Positions 1-14,112 of a stretch of DNA of 64,000 nucleotides are shown piece after piece; within the stretch, counting starts at the first letter, position 1, and each line of letters starts with the position of its first letter. The translations under genes were made by a program, and so were the position numbers. Location of the stretch: positions 1 through 64,000 of the forward strand of contig CAUYUJ010000144.1 of the NCBI GenBank assembly GCA_963575745.1. Direction: 5' to 3'. A model generated the notes under the pieces. The model had not been told where the DNA came from and did not search any database. It was given only the letters and a program-made list of their open reading frames with translations. This stretch comes from Prorocentrum cordatum (lineage: Eukaryota).

Positions 1-1066
1 CGCACACGCGCACACGCGCACACGCGCACACGCGCACACGCGCACCCGCGCACCCGCGCACCCGCGCACCCGCGCACCCGCGCACCCCCGCACACGCGCA
101 CACGCGCACACGCGCACACGCGCACACGCGCACACGCGCACACGCGCACACGCGCACACGCGCACACGCGCACACGCGCACACGCGCACACGCGCACACG
201 CGCACACGCGCACACGCGCACACGGGCACACGCGCACACGCGCACACGCGCACACGCGCACACGCGCACACGCGCACACGCGCACACGCGCACACGCGCA
301 CACGCGCACACGCGCACACGCGCACACGCGCACACGCGCACACGCCACACGCGCACACTACGCGCACAAAAACGCGCACACAATCGGGGGGGGGCACACG
401 CGCACACGCGCGGCACGCGCGACACGCGCACTACGCACCGCGCACAGCGCGCAAGAGCGCATACGCGCACACACACGCGACAAATCCGCACGACGCCACA
501 CGCGCACACGCGCACACGCGCACACGCCACACGCGCACATACGCGCACACACGCACACCACGCACACACGCACACGCAACAAAATACGCACGCGCACACG
601 CACACGCACACGCACACAGCACACGGCACATACGCACACCGAAGAACACACGCGACACGCACCACTCAGCACAAACAAAACACGCACACGCACGCGCACA
701 CAAACGCCACACGCCACACGCACACGCACACACGCGCACCCACACGCACACGCATCACGCACAACGCACACGCCACATTCGCACACGCGCTACGCACACG
801 CACCGCACACGCACACGCACCGACACAACCACCAAAAAACAACGCACAACTGCATCACGGACACCACACGCACACGCACATTAACGCACACGCACGCGCA
901 CACCGCACGCGCCCGCGCACGCAGCAACGCGCACGCGCACGCGCACGCGCACGCGCACGCGCACTCGCACAAACGCGCACGCGCGCACGTGACGCACTAA
1001 GCGCGCGCGCAAACTGCGCGCACCGCGCGCACGCGCGCACGCGCGCACGCGCGCACGCGCGCACGC

Positions 1067-1103
<37 letters not shown>

Positions 1104-1435
1104 CACACACATTCACACACACAGACAGAGACACACACACACACAGACACACACAGATACACACTGACACACACACACACACATACACAAACACACACAC
1201 ACACAGACAGAGACACACACACACAGACACACACAGATACACACTGACACACACACACATACACAAACACACACACAGACAGAGACACACACACACAGAC
1301 ACACACAAATACACACTGACACACACACATACACAAACACACACACGCAGACAGAGACACACACACACAGACACACACAGATACACACTGACACAAACAC
1401 ACACACACACATACACAAACACAGACATACATAAG
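1..1435. repeat. Microsatellite block: (CGCACACG)n 8-mer grading into CGCA/CA/CAGA repeats
   Basis: Near-perfect cgcacacg tandem 1-345, then degenerate gcac and acacacagac units. Confidence 0.95.
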
Positions 1436-1749
1436 AGAGCGTGATCCACCGCCGCTTTACTGTGGAACATTCCCTCCCCTCCTCCTCCTTTGGAACCCAG
1501 GGTTCTCCCCCTCCCCCGTCCGAAAATCTTCCCCCCCTGCTCGACACCCCCCCACCTCCCTTCCCTTCCGCCGGCAAAACCCCCCCCCTCCCCCCTAACC
1601 CCGCACCCTCCCCCCCCCTCCGGAAAACCGGTGGGGGCGTCACTACCGCTTCGAACCCCTCCCCGTCCCCTCCAGAAAACGGGGGGGTCACTACGGGTTC
1701 GAACCCACCCCCCCTGCCCCCCCACTCGCCGCCGATAAACGACTCCCGG

Positions 1750-1965
1750 GTCCCCACCACCGTCCTCACCAGCGCCCTCACCACTGTCCCCACCACTACC
1801 GTCCCCACCACTGTCCCACTGTCCCCACTTTTCCCACCACTGTCCCCACCGGTGCCCCCACTACTGTCGCACTGCCCCCACTGTCCTCACCACGATCCCA
1901 CTCGCCCCACTGTCCCCACCACTGTCCCACTGTCCGCACTGTCCCCGCCACTGTCTCACTGTCCA
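1750..1965. repeat. Degenerate CCCACTGT/CCCACCACTGT minisatellite
   Basis: Repeated ccactgtccccac units. Confidence 0.8.
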
Positions 1966-4900
1966 CAGACACACACACACACACGCACACGCGCACACAA
2001 CACACATAACACACAACACACAACACACAACACACAACACGCGACACGCAACCCACAACACACAACACACAACACACAACACAATACACACAACACACAA
2101 CACACACACACACCACACAACACACACACAACACACCACACACCACACATGCGCACACAACACCCACGACACAACACACACACCACACACATCACACACC
2201 ACACAACACACAACACACAAAACACAACCCATAACACACACACCACGCACACACACACCATACACCACACACCAGCACGCAACACACAACACACACCACA
2301 CAACACACACCACACAACACACACACTCATACACGCCCACACATACAAGCACACACGCACACACGCACACACAGACACAGACACACACACACACACACAC
2401 TCGCGCACACAACACACAACACACAGCACACAGCACACAGCACACAGGACACACCACACAAAACACACCACGGACCACACAACACACACCACACACCACA
2501 CAACAAACACCAGCACACAACACACAACACACAGCAGCACACAACACACGCAACACACAACACACAACACACAACACACATAACACACAACACATAACAC
2601 ACACCACACAACACACAACACACCACATACAACACACCACACATGACACACAGCACACAACACGCAACGCACACAACAGCCAACCCACAACCCACATCGC
2701 ACAACCCACAACACACACCACGCAGCACAAACCATTTAACACGCACCACACACCACACACCACACACAACGCACACACCCACTCATACACGCCCACACAT
2801 ACAAGCACACACGCAAACACACTTACACATTCACATAGACAAACACGCACACACAGACACACACACACACACAACACGCACCACACACCACACAACACAC
2901 ACCACACAACACACAACCCACAACCCACAACACACAACACACACAACGCACAGCACACAACACACAACATACAGCACATACCACACAGCACACAACACAC
3001 AACACAACACTCTACAGACCACACACCACACACGACACACAACACACAACCCACAATCCACAACACACAACCCACAACACACAACGCACACTTCACACCA
3101 CCAAACCCCGCACAACAAATCACACACCGCACACCACACACCACACACAAAACACAGCACACAACAAACCACACACAAAACACAGTTCACAACCCACAAC
3201 CCACAACACACAACACACACCACACACTACACACTACACACTACACGCTACACACTACACACTACACACACAACACACAACACACAACACACAGCACATA
3301 ACACACAACCCACAACATACAACCCACAACCCCAAACACACAATCCACAACCCACAACACACAACACATAACACACACACACACCACGCACCACACACCA
3401 ACACACACCACACAACACACAACATACGACACACTGCACACAACACACATACACCCATACATCACGGGGGAATCATTAGTATCAAACCCAAGAACCGTCA
3501 GAACCGACGACGTGGACTCACCAAGTAAAACCTGAAGGGTGGGTCGCAGAACTGACGGAAACACCTCCCTCACCACTATGAGAGGGTCACAAAAAAACCT
3601 GACGACCGCCACCTGGGGAACTGCGGGGATATTGCAGCGAAGAGGAGGGGTTGGGAATTCTGACGACGGCGCGGCCGCCCGACCCGTTAGTCCCCTTTGC
3701 CGAAAGTGAACCGACGACGGCGTGGCCAGAAAACCCCTAAGTCGCTTTATATTGGAGTCGCGCTAGTGATACCCATACACGCCCACACATACAAGCACAC
3801 ACGCACCAGACACTGGCAAACACACATAGACAAACACACGCACACACAGACAGACACACACACGCACCCACGCGCACACAACACACAACACACACCACAC
3901 CACACAACCCACAACACACAACACAAACCACACACCACACCACACACACGCCACAACACACACACACACAACACGCAACACATAACACACAAGACACAGC
4001 ACACAACACAACACTCAACACCCCACACACCACACACACAACACACAACGCTAAACCCACAACCCACAACCCACAACACACAATGCACACAACACGCACC
4101 ACATACCACACACGACACACCACGCACCAAACACCACACACCACAGACAACACACAGCAAACACCACACAACACACAACATGCAACACACACCACATTAC
4201 ACACAACACACAACACACAACGCACAACATACAACACATAGCACACACACCATACGCCACACAACACACAACACACCACACACCAAACACAATGCACAGC
4301 ACACAACACACACCACACAACCCACAACCCACAACCCACAACCCACACCACACAACACACAACACACAACACACAACACACAACCCACAACACACAACAC
4401 ACACAACACACCACACACCACGCACACAGCACACACACACCACAACACACACCACACAACACACAACCCCAACAACCAAACAGCCACACGCCACAGCCCA
4501 AAACTCACAGCCCACAACACACAACACACAACACACAATACACATGCAACACACCACGCACAACACATTACACAACACACAACACACAACACACCAAACC
4601 ATACAACACAGCACACAACACACAACACACACCACACAACACACACACACCCATACACGCCCAACCATACGTGCAAGCACACACGCGCATACATAGACCA
4701 ACACACCCACACAGAGACACACACACATTCACACGCGCACACAACACACACACACCACACACACCACACACCACACAACACACAACACCAAAGACACACA
4801 ACACACAACACACACACACCACACAACACACAACACATAACACACAATACACAGCACACAACACACAACACATGACACACAACACACGACACACACCACA

Positions 4901-6228
4901 CAACACACACCACACAACACACAGCACACACCGCACACCATGCACCACACACCGCACACCGTTCACCACGCACAAGCACACAACACACACCACACAACAT
5001 ACAACACACACAAACCCATACACGCATACACGCCCACATATACCACACACGCACACGTACTGACAAACACACGTAGACACACGCGCGCACACACAGACAC
5101 AGACACGATCGCGCGCACACCACCTACCACACAACACACACCACACACCACACAACACACAACACACACAACACACAACACACACAACGCACAACGCACA
5201 AAACCCAACACACAACACACAACACACCACACACCACACACCACACTCAACACACACCACACAGCAAACCACACAAAATACACAAACCACAACCCACAAT
5301 CCACAACCCACAACACACACCACACACACCACGCACCACGCACCACGCACCACACACCACACACAACACACCACACACCACACACCAGCACAGCACACAC
5401 CACATCACACATTACACACACCACACAACACTCAGCACACACAACACACAACCCACAACACACAACACACACACACACACACACCACACACAACACACAA
5501 CACACAACACACACCACACAACACTCGACACACCACACACCGCATATCGCACACAACACACAACACACGACACACCTACCACACACAACCCACAACCCAC
5601 ACCACACATCACACAACACACAACACACACACCATGCACCACACACCACGCACCACAAACCAGACACCACACACCACACATAACACACCAGCACACCAGC
5701 ACACACGACACAAGACACACGACACAACGCACACCACACACAACACACAACACATAACACACAACACATAATACACCAAACAACACACAATCCACAACCC
5801 ACAACACACACAACACGCAACACACACCACACACCACACACCACGCACCACACACCACACACCACTCATCACACAGACGCACACAACACACAACACACAA
5901 CATTCAACACACCAACACACAACACACAACCCACAACCCACAACCCACAACACGCCACACGCAACACACAACACACACACCACACACACACACCACGCAC
6001 CGCACAGCACACACCACACACCACGCACCACGCACCACACACCAGCACACCATACACCACACACAACACACAACACGCAACACATACACACTCATACACG
6101 CCCACACATACAAGCACACACGCACACACACTGACAAACACACATAGACAAACACACGCACACACAGACAAACACACACACACACATAAACGCGCGCTCA
6201 ACACACACACACACACCACACAACACAA
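1966..6228. repeat. CA-rich low-complexity satellite (ACACA/ACC) with a recurring higher-order module; interrupted by a unique island at ~3460-3770
   Basis: Nearly G/T-free tract; module 'catacacgcccacacatacaagcacacacgc' recurs near 2328, 2784, 3774, 4652, 6093 (variant near 5025). Confidence 0.9.
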
Positions 6229-6401
6229 GAGCCGTCGTCCGTGGAAGTATCGACCATTGGGAGCCGACCTGGGCTGGAAATGCAGCCCTGGCGACGAGAC
6301 GGTCGCGCCGTTGGGGGAGCGGAAGAGGCTTGCAGGCGACGGGCGGGGAGCGAACGTCCGAGCCGAAAAGCGTGTGCAACGATGCGACTGGAGTTTGGCC
6401 A

Positions 6402-8059
6402 AGGAGGAGGAGGAGGAGGAGGAGGGGAGGAGGAGGAGGAGAAGGAGGAGGAGGAAGAGGCGGAGGAGAAGGGGGAGGAGGAGGGGGAGGAGGAGGAGGA
6501 GGAGGAGGAGGAGGAGGAGGAGAGGAGGAGGAGGAGGAGGAGGAGGAGAAGGAGAAGGAGGAGGAGGAGGAGGTGGAGGAGACAGGATATATCCCTTCCT
6601 TCCCCACCGCCCCAAGGCGGGGGTGGGGGGTCCAGCGCTCCCATCAGCGGCAGGGCGGGGCCTTGTCGCGGGCAGGGGGCGCGGGGCCGAGAGCGCGGCC
6701 AACACTTCGGGCAGGAGCTCCGCTTTCAGCAGCCAGAAGTGGAGCGACCAACGGAGCCAGAACTCATCTTGTACCATGGGGGAGACGGGTCCTCGACCCG
6801 GGGCCTTCCCCCAGGACCCGCTCCCTACCCCGAGCCGTTCTCTGACAGTCCAGGGGGCCCTGGAGGGCCTCGAGGACTCGAAAACGGCGAAAGGCCTCGG
6901 TACCCGTTTCCCTCAGGACCCGTTCCCCCCACGGCGAATTTTGGGGAAAATGATGGCGAAACTGAAGCGGGAACCACACTTACAAGCGCCGCGGCAGCCA
7001 GCGCGGGCACCCAGAGGCACCGTCCGCCAGCAACAAGTGTTGTGAGGGATCGTCGGCCAGATCGCACTGCCAGTTCCAAGGTCCCCGCATATCAGGACAC
7101 CGTGTGCGAGAGGTCGAGCCCTCAGCCCTCGAGCTTCGCGGGCACGTCCTCCTCCACCCGCGCTGGAGCCCCCCCGCCTAATCTTTCTGGGCGCGGCCAC
7201 AGCGTCCCGTTCCGTGTCGGCCCCCCACTGTCCCCTGCTTAAGTCATGGGCGGATGGAACCAAGGGGGCCTCCAAGGAAAGCAAGACGGGTCGGTTTGCT
7301 AGGGGGGCGCCTGCCCCACATCATTATTATGACATTGGTCCTGCTGCAACCTCTCTCTTTCCCTCCTCCTCCTCCTCCTCCTCCTTCCTCCTCTTCTTCT
7401 CCCCCTTCCATTTCCTCCTCTTTCCCCTCGTCCTCATCCTCGTCTCACTCCTCCTCCTGCTCCTCCTCCTCCTCATCCACCTCCTCCTTCCTCTCCTCCT
7501 CCACCTCCTCCTGCTCCTCCTTCTCTTCCTCCTCCTCCTCCTCCCAATCTGCGCCTTCTGCTCCTGTTCCTCCTGCTGCTCTGGAAGCTGTTGCTGCTGC
7601 TGATGCTGCTGTTCATCCTCCTCCTTTTCCTCCTCCTCATCATTATCATCATCATCACCACCACCGCCACCACCACCACCACCACCACCACCACCGTTAT
7701 CATCATCATCATCATCACCATCATCCTCATCCTCATTATCATCCTCATCCTCTTCATCGGTATCCTCATCGTTATCATCATCGTCATCGTCATCATCACC
7801 ATCATCGTAATCGTCATTATCGACATCACCATCATCATCACCAACATCAGCTTCATCAACATCATCAGCATCATCATCATCAACAACATCACAATCGTCA
7901 GCATACTATCATCACACCACTATAACCACCACCACCATCACCATCACCATCATCAGCATCATCCTAATCCTTATCATCCTTATCATCATCATCATCATCA
8001 TCATCAGCATCATCATCATCATCACCAGCAGCAGCATCATCAATCATCATCACCATCAG

Positions 8060-8098
<39 letters not shown>

Positions 8099-8216
8099 TA
8101 TTAGTATCATCATCATCATTATCACTATCATGATCATCATCATGATCATCATCAACATCATCATCATAATCCTTATCCTTATCCTTATCCTTATCATTAT
8201 CCTTATCCTTATCCTT

Positions 8217-8283
<67 letters not shown>

Positions 8284-9266
8284 GCATCAGCATCAGCATC
8301 AGCATCAGCATCATCATATCATCAAACATCAATCCTCCCTCTCCTCCCCGCCGCCTCCTCCGTCTTTCTGCTCCTTCTGATGCTGCTCCTCGGCTTCCTT
8401 TTCCTCCTCTTCCTACTTCTTCTCCTTCTTCGCTTCGTCCTCCTCCTCCTCTCCTCCTCCTCCTCCTCCTCATTCCTCCTCCATTCCTCCTCCTCATTCC
8501 TCCTCCTCCTCATCCTCCTCCTCCTCCTCCTTCTCCTTCTCCTCCTCCCCTCCTCCTCCTCCTCCTCCTCCTCCTCCTCCTGCTCCTCCTCTCCTCCTCC
8601 TCCTCCTCTCCCCTCCTCCTCCTCCCCTTCTCCTCCGCTCCTCCTCCTCCTCCTCCTCCTCCCCTCCTCCCCCTCCCCATTCCTCCTCCTCCTCCTCCTC
8701 CTCCTCCTCTTCCTCCTCCTCCTCCTCCTCCTCCTCCTCCTCCTCCTCCTCCTCCTCCTCCTCCTCCTCCTCCTCCTCCCCTCCTCCCCCTCCTCCTCCT
8801 CCTCCTCCTCCTCCTCCTCCTCCTCCTCCTCCTCCTCCTCCTCCTCCCTCCCTCCTCCTCCTCCTCCTCCTCCCTCCTCCTCCTCCTCCTCCTCCGCCTC
8901 CTCCTCCTCCTCCTCCGCCTCCTCCTCCTCCTCCTCCTCCTCCTCCTCCTCCTCCTCCTCCTCCTCATTCCTCCTCCTCCTCCTCGTCCTCCCAACGGTC
9001 CTGGACTGCACGACTCTCTGCCCTGGCCTCCGCGAGGACGCTCCTCCGCCACCCTCCTGCTCCTCCTCCGCCTCCTCCTCTGGCCGGGCCCCCCCGCCCG
9101 CCGGAATCCAGCGGCTCGTCCTCGAGGCTGGCCTCGCCGCCAGGGGAAGCAGCAGGACGAGGACGAGGACGAGGACAACGGAGACGAGGGCGAGGACGAG
9201 GACGAGGACGAGGGCGAGGACGAGGACGAGGGCGAGAACGAGGACGAGGGCGAGGACGAGGGCAGC

Positions 9267-9299
<33 letters not shown>

Positions 9300-9320
9300 A
9301 CGAGGACAACGGAGAAGAGG
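6402..9320. repeat. Compound trinucleotide microsatellites (GAG)n, (TCC)n, (ATC)n, (GAGGAC)n with short unique islands
   Basis: GAG 6402-6580; TCC 7360-7640 and 8340-8990; ATC 7640-8330; GAGGAC 9155-9310. Confidence 0.95.
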
Positions 9321-12089
9321 CAACACGACGGCAGATTCGTGCGGCGTCGGCGCGCGGGACGCTTTTTGACACCGCGTCGATCTTTCAACCTATACCTGGA
9401 ATCGATCGCGGCTCCGATCCTTCAGCGAGGATGAGGACGAGGACGACGGAGACGAGGCAAAACGAGGGCGAGGGTAGGCTACACGCAAGAGTGGCCCAGA
9501 TCGGCGGCAAGCGAGGGGCAGGAGTGAGAAGGAGAAGGCCTTCACAGAAGGCGGCGGGGCTTCTCAGAAGCCCTCCTGCCTTCTGAAAGGTTGTCTGTGT
9601 CTTCGGGGAAGTTTTGGAAAACTAGTCAGAAGGATGGGGGACTTCCGAGCCTTCTGAGAAGGCCCACCCCTTCTCACTTCATCCCCCCTGCTCGCCGCCG
9701 ACCTGGGCAAGAGTGACCCTTGGTGCGGGACTTCTGCGGGGACGCGGGGAGGCCAAACCCGAGCGCGCAAGACGCTGCCACCGCATGGCGTTCGATCCTT
9801 TGGGGGCCACAGCGTGTCCGCACGAAGGGTCGCTCTGGCGACAAGTCATTTTCACAACCCTCCTCGAAATCAAACGCAAGTTTTGAACCGACCTCGCCCC
9901 CGAATTCAAATGTCGATGGACGCGCGCAGCGCGGCCCGCGGGGTCAATCAAACAATTGCAGTCGCCAGTGTCGGCGTCAACATTCAAAATGGGGGTCCGG
10001 GGCGTCGCCACGTCGTGGGAGAAGACTGGCGTTTGATTTAGGAAAACAAGCAGTGACTTAAACATAACAACTCGGAGGTCCGCGCGGATTGCTCGGATCG
10101 GCGCTTGGCCCCCCTCCCCGGCGCGCGGTTCGCGCCAGGGGCGGCGCCGGAGGCGCTGCCAGGGGGCCCCAGCGCCGATTCGAGAAATCCGCGCGGACCT
10201 CCGAGTTTTTATGTTTATGTCACTGTTTGTTTCCCTATGGTTTCGAAGAGGGATGTACGTGTAGCCGAGAAGGGGAAGCAGACGGCCGCTGGCGCTGCCG
10301 CCACGCCCCCAGCTCGCAGTCTGTCTCGGGGCGGGCGGCTCCACGAGGCAGAGTCTCGGAGCAACGAGGCGGATACCAGGCCCGTCTCCTGTCACGGGGA
10401 CGAGGGAGCAAGACGGGGCGAAGGAGGAGGACCGGTAAGCGGGGGATGGGGCGGAGGAGGAGGAGGAGGAGGAGGAGGAGGAGGAGGAGGACGACGACAA
10501 GGAGCTGGCCCCGGCCGCCAGGAGAGGCACTTCGTCTGAAGAAAAATCGATGGCTTCGGTCTGCCGACTTTTTCTCCCGAGCGGACCAGTGTCACGAACG
10601 ATCTGTGGGATGGTCCCCCCCCACGGACGTCACTCTTGTTGTGCGTGGCTAACTTTTTTTCCCTGAGTTCCCTCCTTGGTCAAGCCCGAGTGCCAGCAGG
10701 AAAGGAGGATGAAGGAGCCCCTGCTTTCCTCGTGCAGTCCTGCCGAAATCCTGCCACGACCAGGCCTCCTTCTCCTCATCCTCCATGGAGGCGGCCGGCG
10801 TTCCCAAGACAAGGGGGCGGGCGTCCGGAGTAAAAGCGGAGCACGCGGGCCCCCGGCGGCCCCTGCCACCGCGGATAGGTTCGGCCCAAGCTACAGCACG
10901 GCCCAAAATGTCTCAAGACGGCCGAAGAATTTCCCAAACCGCCTCAAGAGAGCACCAAGAGGACCCCCAAGAGAGCCCCCCAAGGCAAAATCATGCGTTG
11001 AGGTGTGCTTCCTGATGAATTGTCGCGCTCGTTTTTGCAAGCATCCGACCGCCCGAGACGGTCCAACAAGCCCCCAAGTGCGCCTCAAGATAGCCCAAGA
11101 TGCCAAAAGGGCCCACGTAGACCCACAATGACCCACAAGAGAGTCCAAGAGGCTCCCAAGGAACCCCCAAGAGGGGCTCCAGAGGGGAACCCGACTGGCA
11201 ATGACGAGCCTTGACCACAACGTCAAAGCCATCGTCAAGCACTGGCTGCAAGCACGAGCGACGAAACGGCAGAGGGCCCTTCCTAGTTTCTACCTTGTGC
11301 TCTCATGGCTACACACGCATGCGCTGCAAAGAGGTCGGTCCGCGTGGTTGGGCATGGACCGACTTTTTGAGGACCGGCAGTTTTTTGGAAGCAGCTGGTT
11401 TTTATGGACCGAACATGTTGTTCCAGTGTCAACTCCTCTCGTGTCCAGCTCTGGCTCCTCGAAGTGGAGCGGCGCAGTCTGGCATCACCTTCTCTTCCCC
11501 TTACCTTCCCTGCTGCTTCGCGCACGTGCCGGCAGGAGGGAAGGCCATAACCATTTTTTACGCAGGCCCGTCTGAAGAGGCGACGTGGTCGCCGAAAGCT
11601 CCCCCCTAGAGGGCCCGACAAAAAAACGACGCTATCCCAATCACAAGTTTGACGTCGTCATTGCTGCACTGTGCGGTTGGAGGGGGGGCGGCCTTACCCA
11701 CTCCTTGCTTGCTGGCTCTCACCTCGGGGGTGTCTGCAGTGGCCTCCACTGTTGAAATCTTTCTGTAGCAGCCTTTACGAATACGCATATATTTTTTGTG
11801 GCGCCACTGCAGATCCTGCAGAACTGCGATCGTAAGAAAATTAAAAAAAAGGGTTGGAAGGATAATGAAGAACGGGGGTAGGAAGGGCAGTCTGATGATG
11901 ATGCTGCTGATGATGGCGATGCTGACTATGATTATGCTGATGATGATGAGGATGGCGATGATTGTGATGCTGATGATGCTGATGCTGATGGCGATGCTGA
12001 TTCTCATGGTACTGATGATGATGAGGATGGTGATGATGCGGATGATAGTGATGCTGATGATTCTGATGATGATGATGCTTTTGCTTTTG

Positions 12090-13800
12090 CTTGGGCTTCC
12101 AGAGGTCCCCCCTAGCGCCGGCGGCCCCACGCCCGAGCGGCTCAAAGCCAGGTGGCGAAGAGGTTCACCAGCGGGACCAGGTCCCGTTCTGTCGGATTCG
12201 ACGTCGGCGTCGTAGAACTTCCTGCAGAACTTCGTGCTGAGGCCGTACACCTTGCGCTCCAGATTGCGCACCAGGCTGTTGAAGTGCTCCCCGAAATCCG
12301 CGGTCTCCTTGCTGCAGGCCTCGATTCTGGCGACCAGGGGTGCGGCCAGCTCCTCCTCGAACAGCGGGAGAAGGCTGGATAGAGTGCTGTCCACTGTGTC
12401 CAAACGGGACTCGATTTTCGCGATCTCTGTGTCGTACTCGTCGTACTCGTTCTTATCCTTCTTGGCGCGCTCTCGAGCATCGATCAGCTTAGCGTCGCGT
12501 TCGCCGTGCTCGTCGAACTCGTCGTGTTCGCCGCGCTTGGCCTTCTTAGTCTTTGTCTCTTTGTTGTCTTTCTTGTCACGGTCTCGAACTTCGACCAACT
12601 TCGCAAACTCCACGTCGCGCTTGTCGTAGCTGTGCTCGCCGTGATTGCAGGCGTCCTCTTTCTTCTATCTCTTGGCACGCTTTCGAACATCGACCAACGT
12701 TGCATCGTGCTTGTCGTACTCGTCGAACTCGTAGTACTCGCCATACATAGCCTTTGTAGTCTTTGTCTCAGTCTTATCCTTCTTGTCACACTCTCGAATT
12801 TTGACCGACTTCGCCAACTCCACGTCGTACTCATCGTAGTCGTTCTCGCCGCACTCGCTGCCGTCCTCTTTCCGTTCCCTCTTGGCACGCTCCCGTATAT
12901 CGACCAGCTTTACGCCGCGCTTGTCGTGCTCGTCGAACTCGTCGCACTCGCCGTACTTAGCCTTCGTGGTCTTTGGCCTCTTTCTTATCATTCTCGTCAC
13001 ACTATCGAACTTCGACCGACTGCGCCAACTTCACGTCGTGCCCGTCGTAGTCGCACTTGCCGTACTTGCTGCCGTCCTCTTCCTTTCCCTTCTTGGCACG
13101 CTCTCGAACATCGACCAACTTTACGCCGTGCTCGTCGTACTCGTCGAAATTGCCGAACTCGGCGTACTCGCCGTGCTTAGCCTTCCTGGTCTTTGTCTCT
13201 TCCGTATTCTTCTTGACGCTCTCTCGAAGTTCGACCACCTTCGCCAGCTCCACGTTGTGCTTATCGTGGCCGTGCTCGTCGAAACCAACCTTCTTTTCCT
13301 TATTATATGTCATGTCTTTCTTGGCTTCCTTCTGTTTCTTATCATTCTCGGCACACTCTCGAACTTCGACCAACTTTGCGTCGTTCTCGTCGTACTCGTC
13401 GTACTCGCCGTGCTTACCCTTCTTGGTCTCGACGACCCTCTCGCTCATCACCTGCTCGACGTACTCGCCGCCCCAGTAGCCCGGATCCCAACTGCCCGGA
13501 GGACCTGGGCAGAACTCCTCGGCGTCGACGTTGAACGAGAACTACGTGTTGTCCTTCTCTTGCTTGTCCTTCTTTGCACGCTCTCGAGCTCCGATCAGCT
13601 TCACGTCGTTCTCGTCGTTCTCGTACGGTGCCAAGGTCTCCTCCAACTTCTTCTGCTTGCTCTCCAGCTGCCTGACCCGCCCCGCGAGCCACCGGAATAC
13701 TGCTGCCACGCCATTTTCAGAAGCTCGCCCCATTGCCAGGCGGTGGCGCGCAGTCTGTCTGACCAAGCGAAGCCGTACGTGAACAGCACCCCAGTTGCCG
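12090..13800 (-). pseudogene. Intronless retro-pseudogene encoding a coiled-coil/charged-repeat protein with a PAM2-like motif
   Basis: Collinear ORF pieces 13766-13542, 13451-13002, 13000-12665 and 12613-~12090 are separated by in-frame stops and one frameshift; repeats of the type EYDEYDEHDAKLVEVRERAKKDK; immediately preceded by a DinoSL relic. Confidence 0.75.
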
Positions 13801-13812
13801 CTTGAGCCAAAA

Positions 13813-13815
<3 letters not shown>
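13801..13815 (-). other. Dinoflagellate spliced-leader (DinoSL) relic
   Basis: Plus strand cttgagccaaaatgg = minus CCATTTTGGCTCAAG, identical to the 3' 15 nt of DinoSL DCCGTAGCCATTTTGGCTCAAG. Confidence 0.88.
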
Positions 13816-13893
<78 letters not shown>

Positions 13894-14112
13894 GTGATGA
13901 TAATAATAAGGAGGAGAAGGAGGAGGCTCTATTGTTACCTCTTGGTTTCTGCTCCCCTCCCGCCGATTCACCGGCGGGCAGGGTCGAGGGCGTCACCTCT
14001 CATCATGAGAACAGGTCGCATAACTGAGTCACCGAGGAGGAGGAGGAGGAGGAGGAGGAGGAGGAAGAAGAAGAGCAGGAGGAGGCGGAGGAGGAGGAGG
14101 AGGAGGAGTATG
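13815..14112. repeat. (GAT)n and (GAG)n microsatellites
   Basis: Perfect gat run 13815-13892; gag run 14034-14108. Confidence 0.95.

Noticed and set aside
1630..1712. tRNA-like GTTCGAACCC (B-box)
   Set aside because: No cloverleaf or A-box can be built; it is only part of a short direct repeat
358..6228. Long Cys/Val-rich and His/Thr-rich ORFs
   Set aside because: Translations of CA/GT microsatellite, open in several frames at once, with no domain
6241..9434. Poly-E/poly-P/poly-S/poly-I ORFs (also 35082-36444, 40729-41994, 50035-51839)
   Set aside because: Trinucleotide microsatellites lacking stops; not genes
12882..13805. Plus-strand hydrophobic 'membrane protein' ORFs (also 12506-13180)
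   Set aside because: Antisense shadow of the minus-strand charged-repeat pseudogene; the SL relic fixes the orientation as minus
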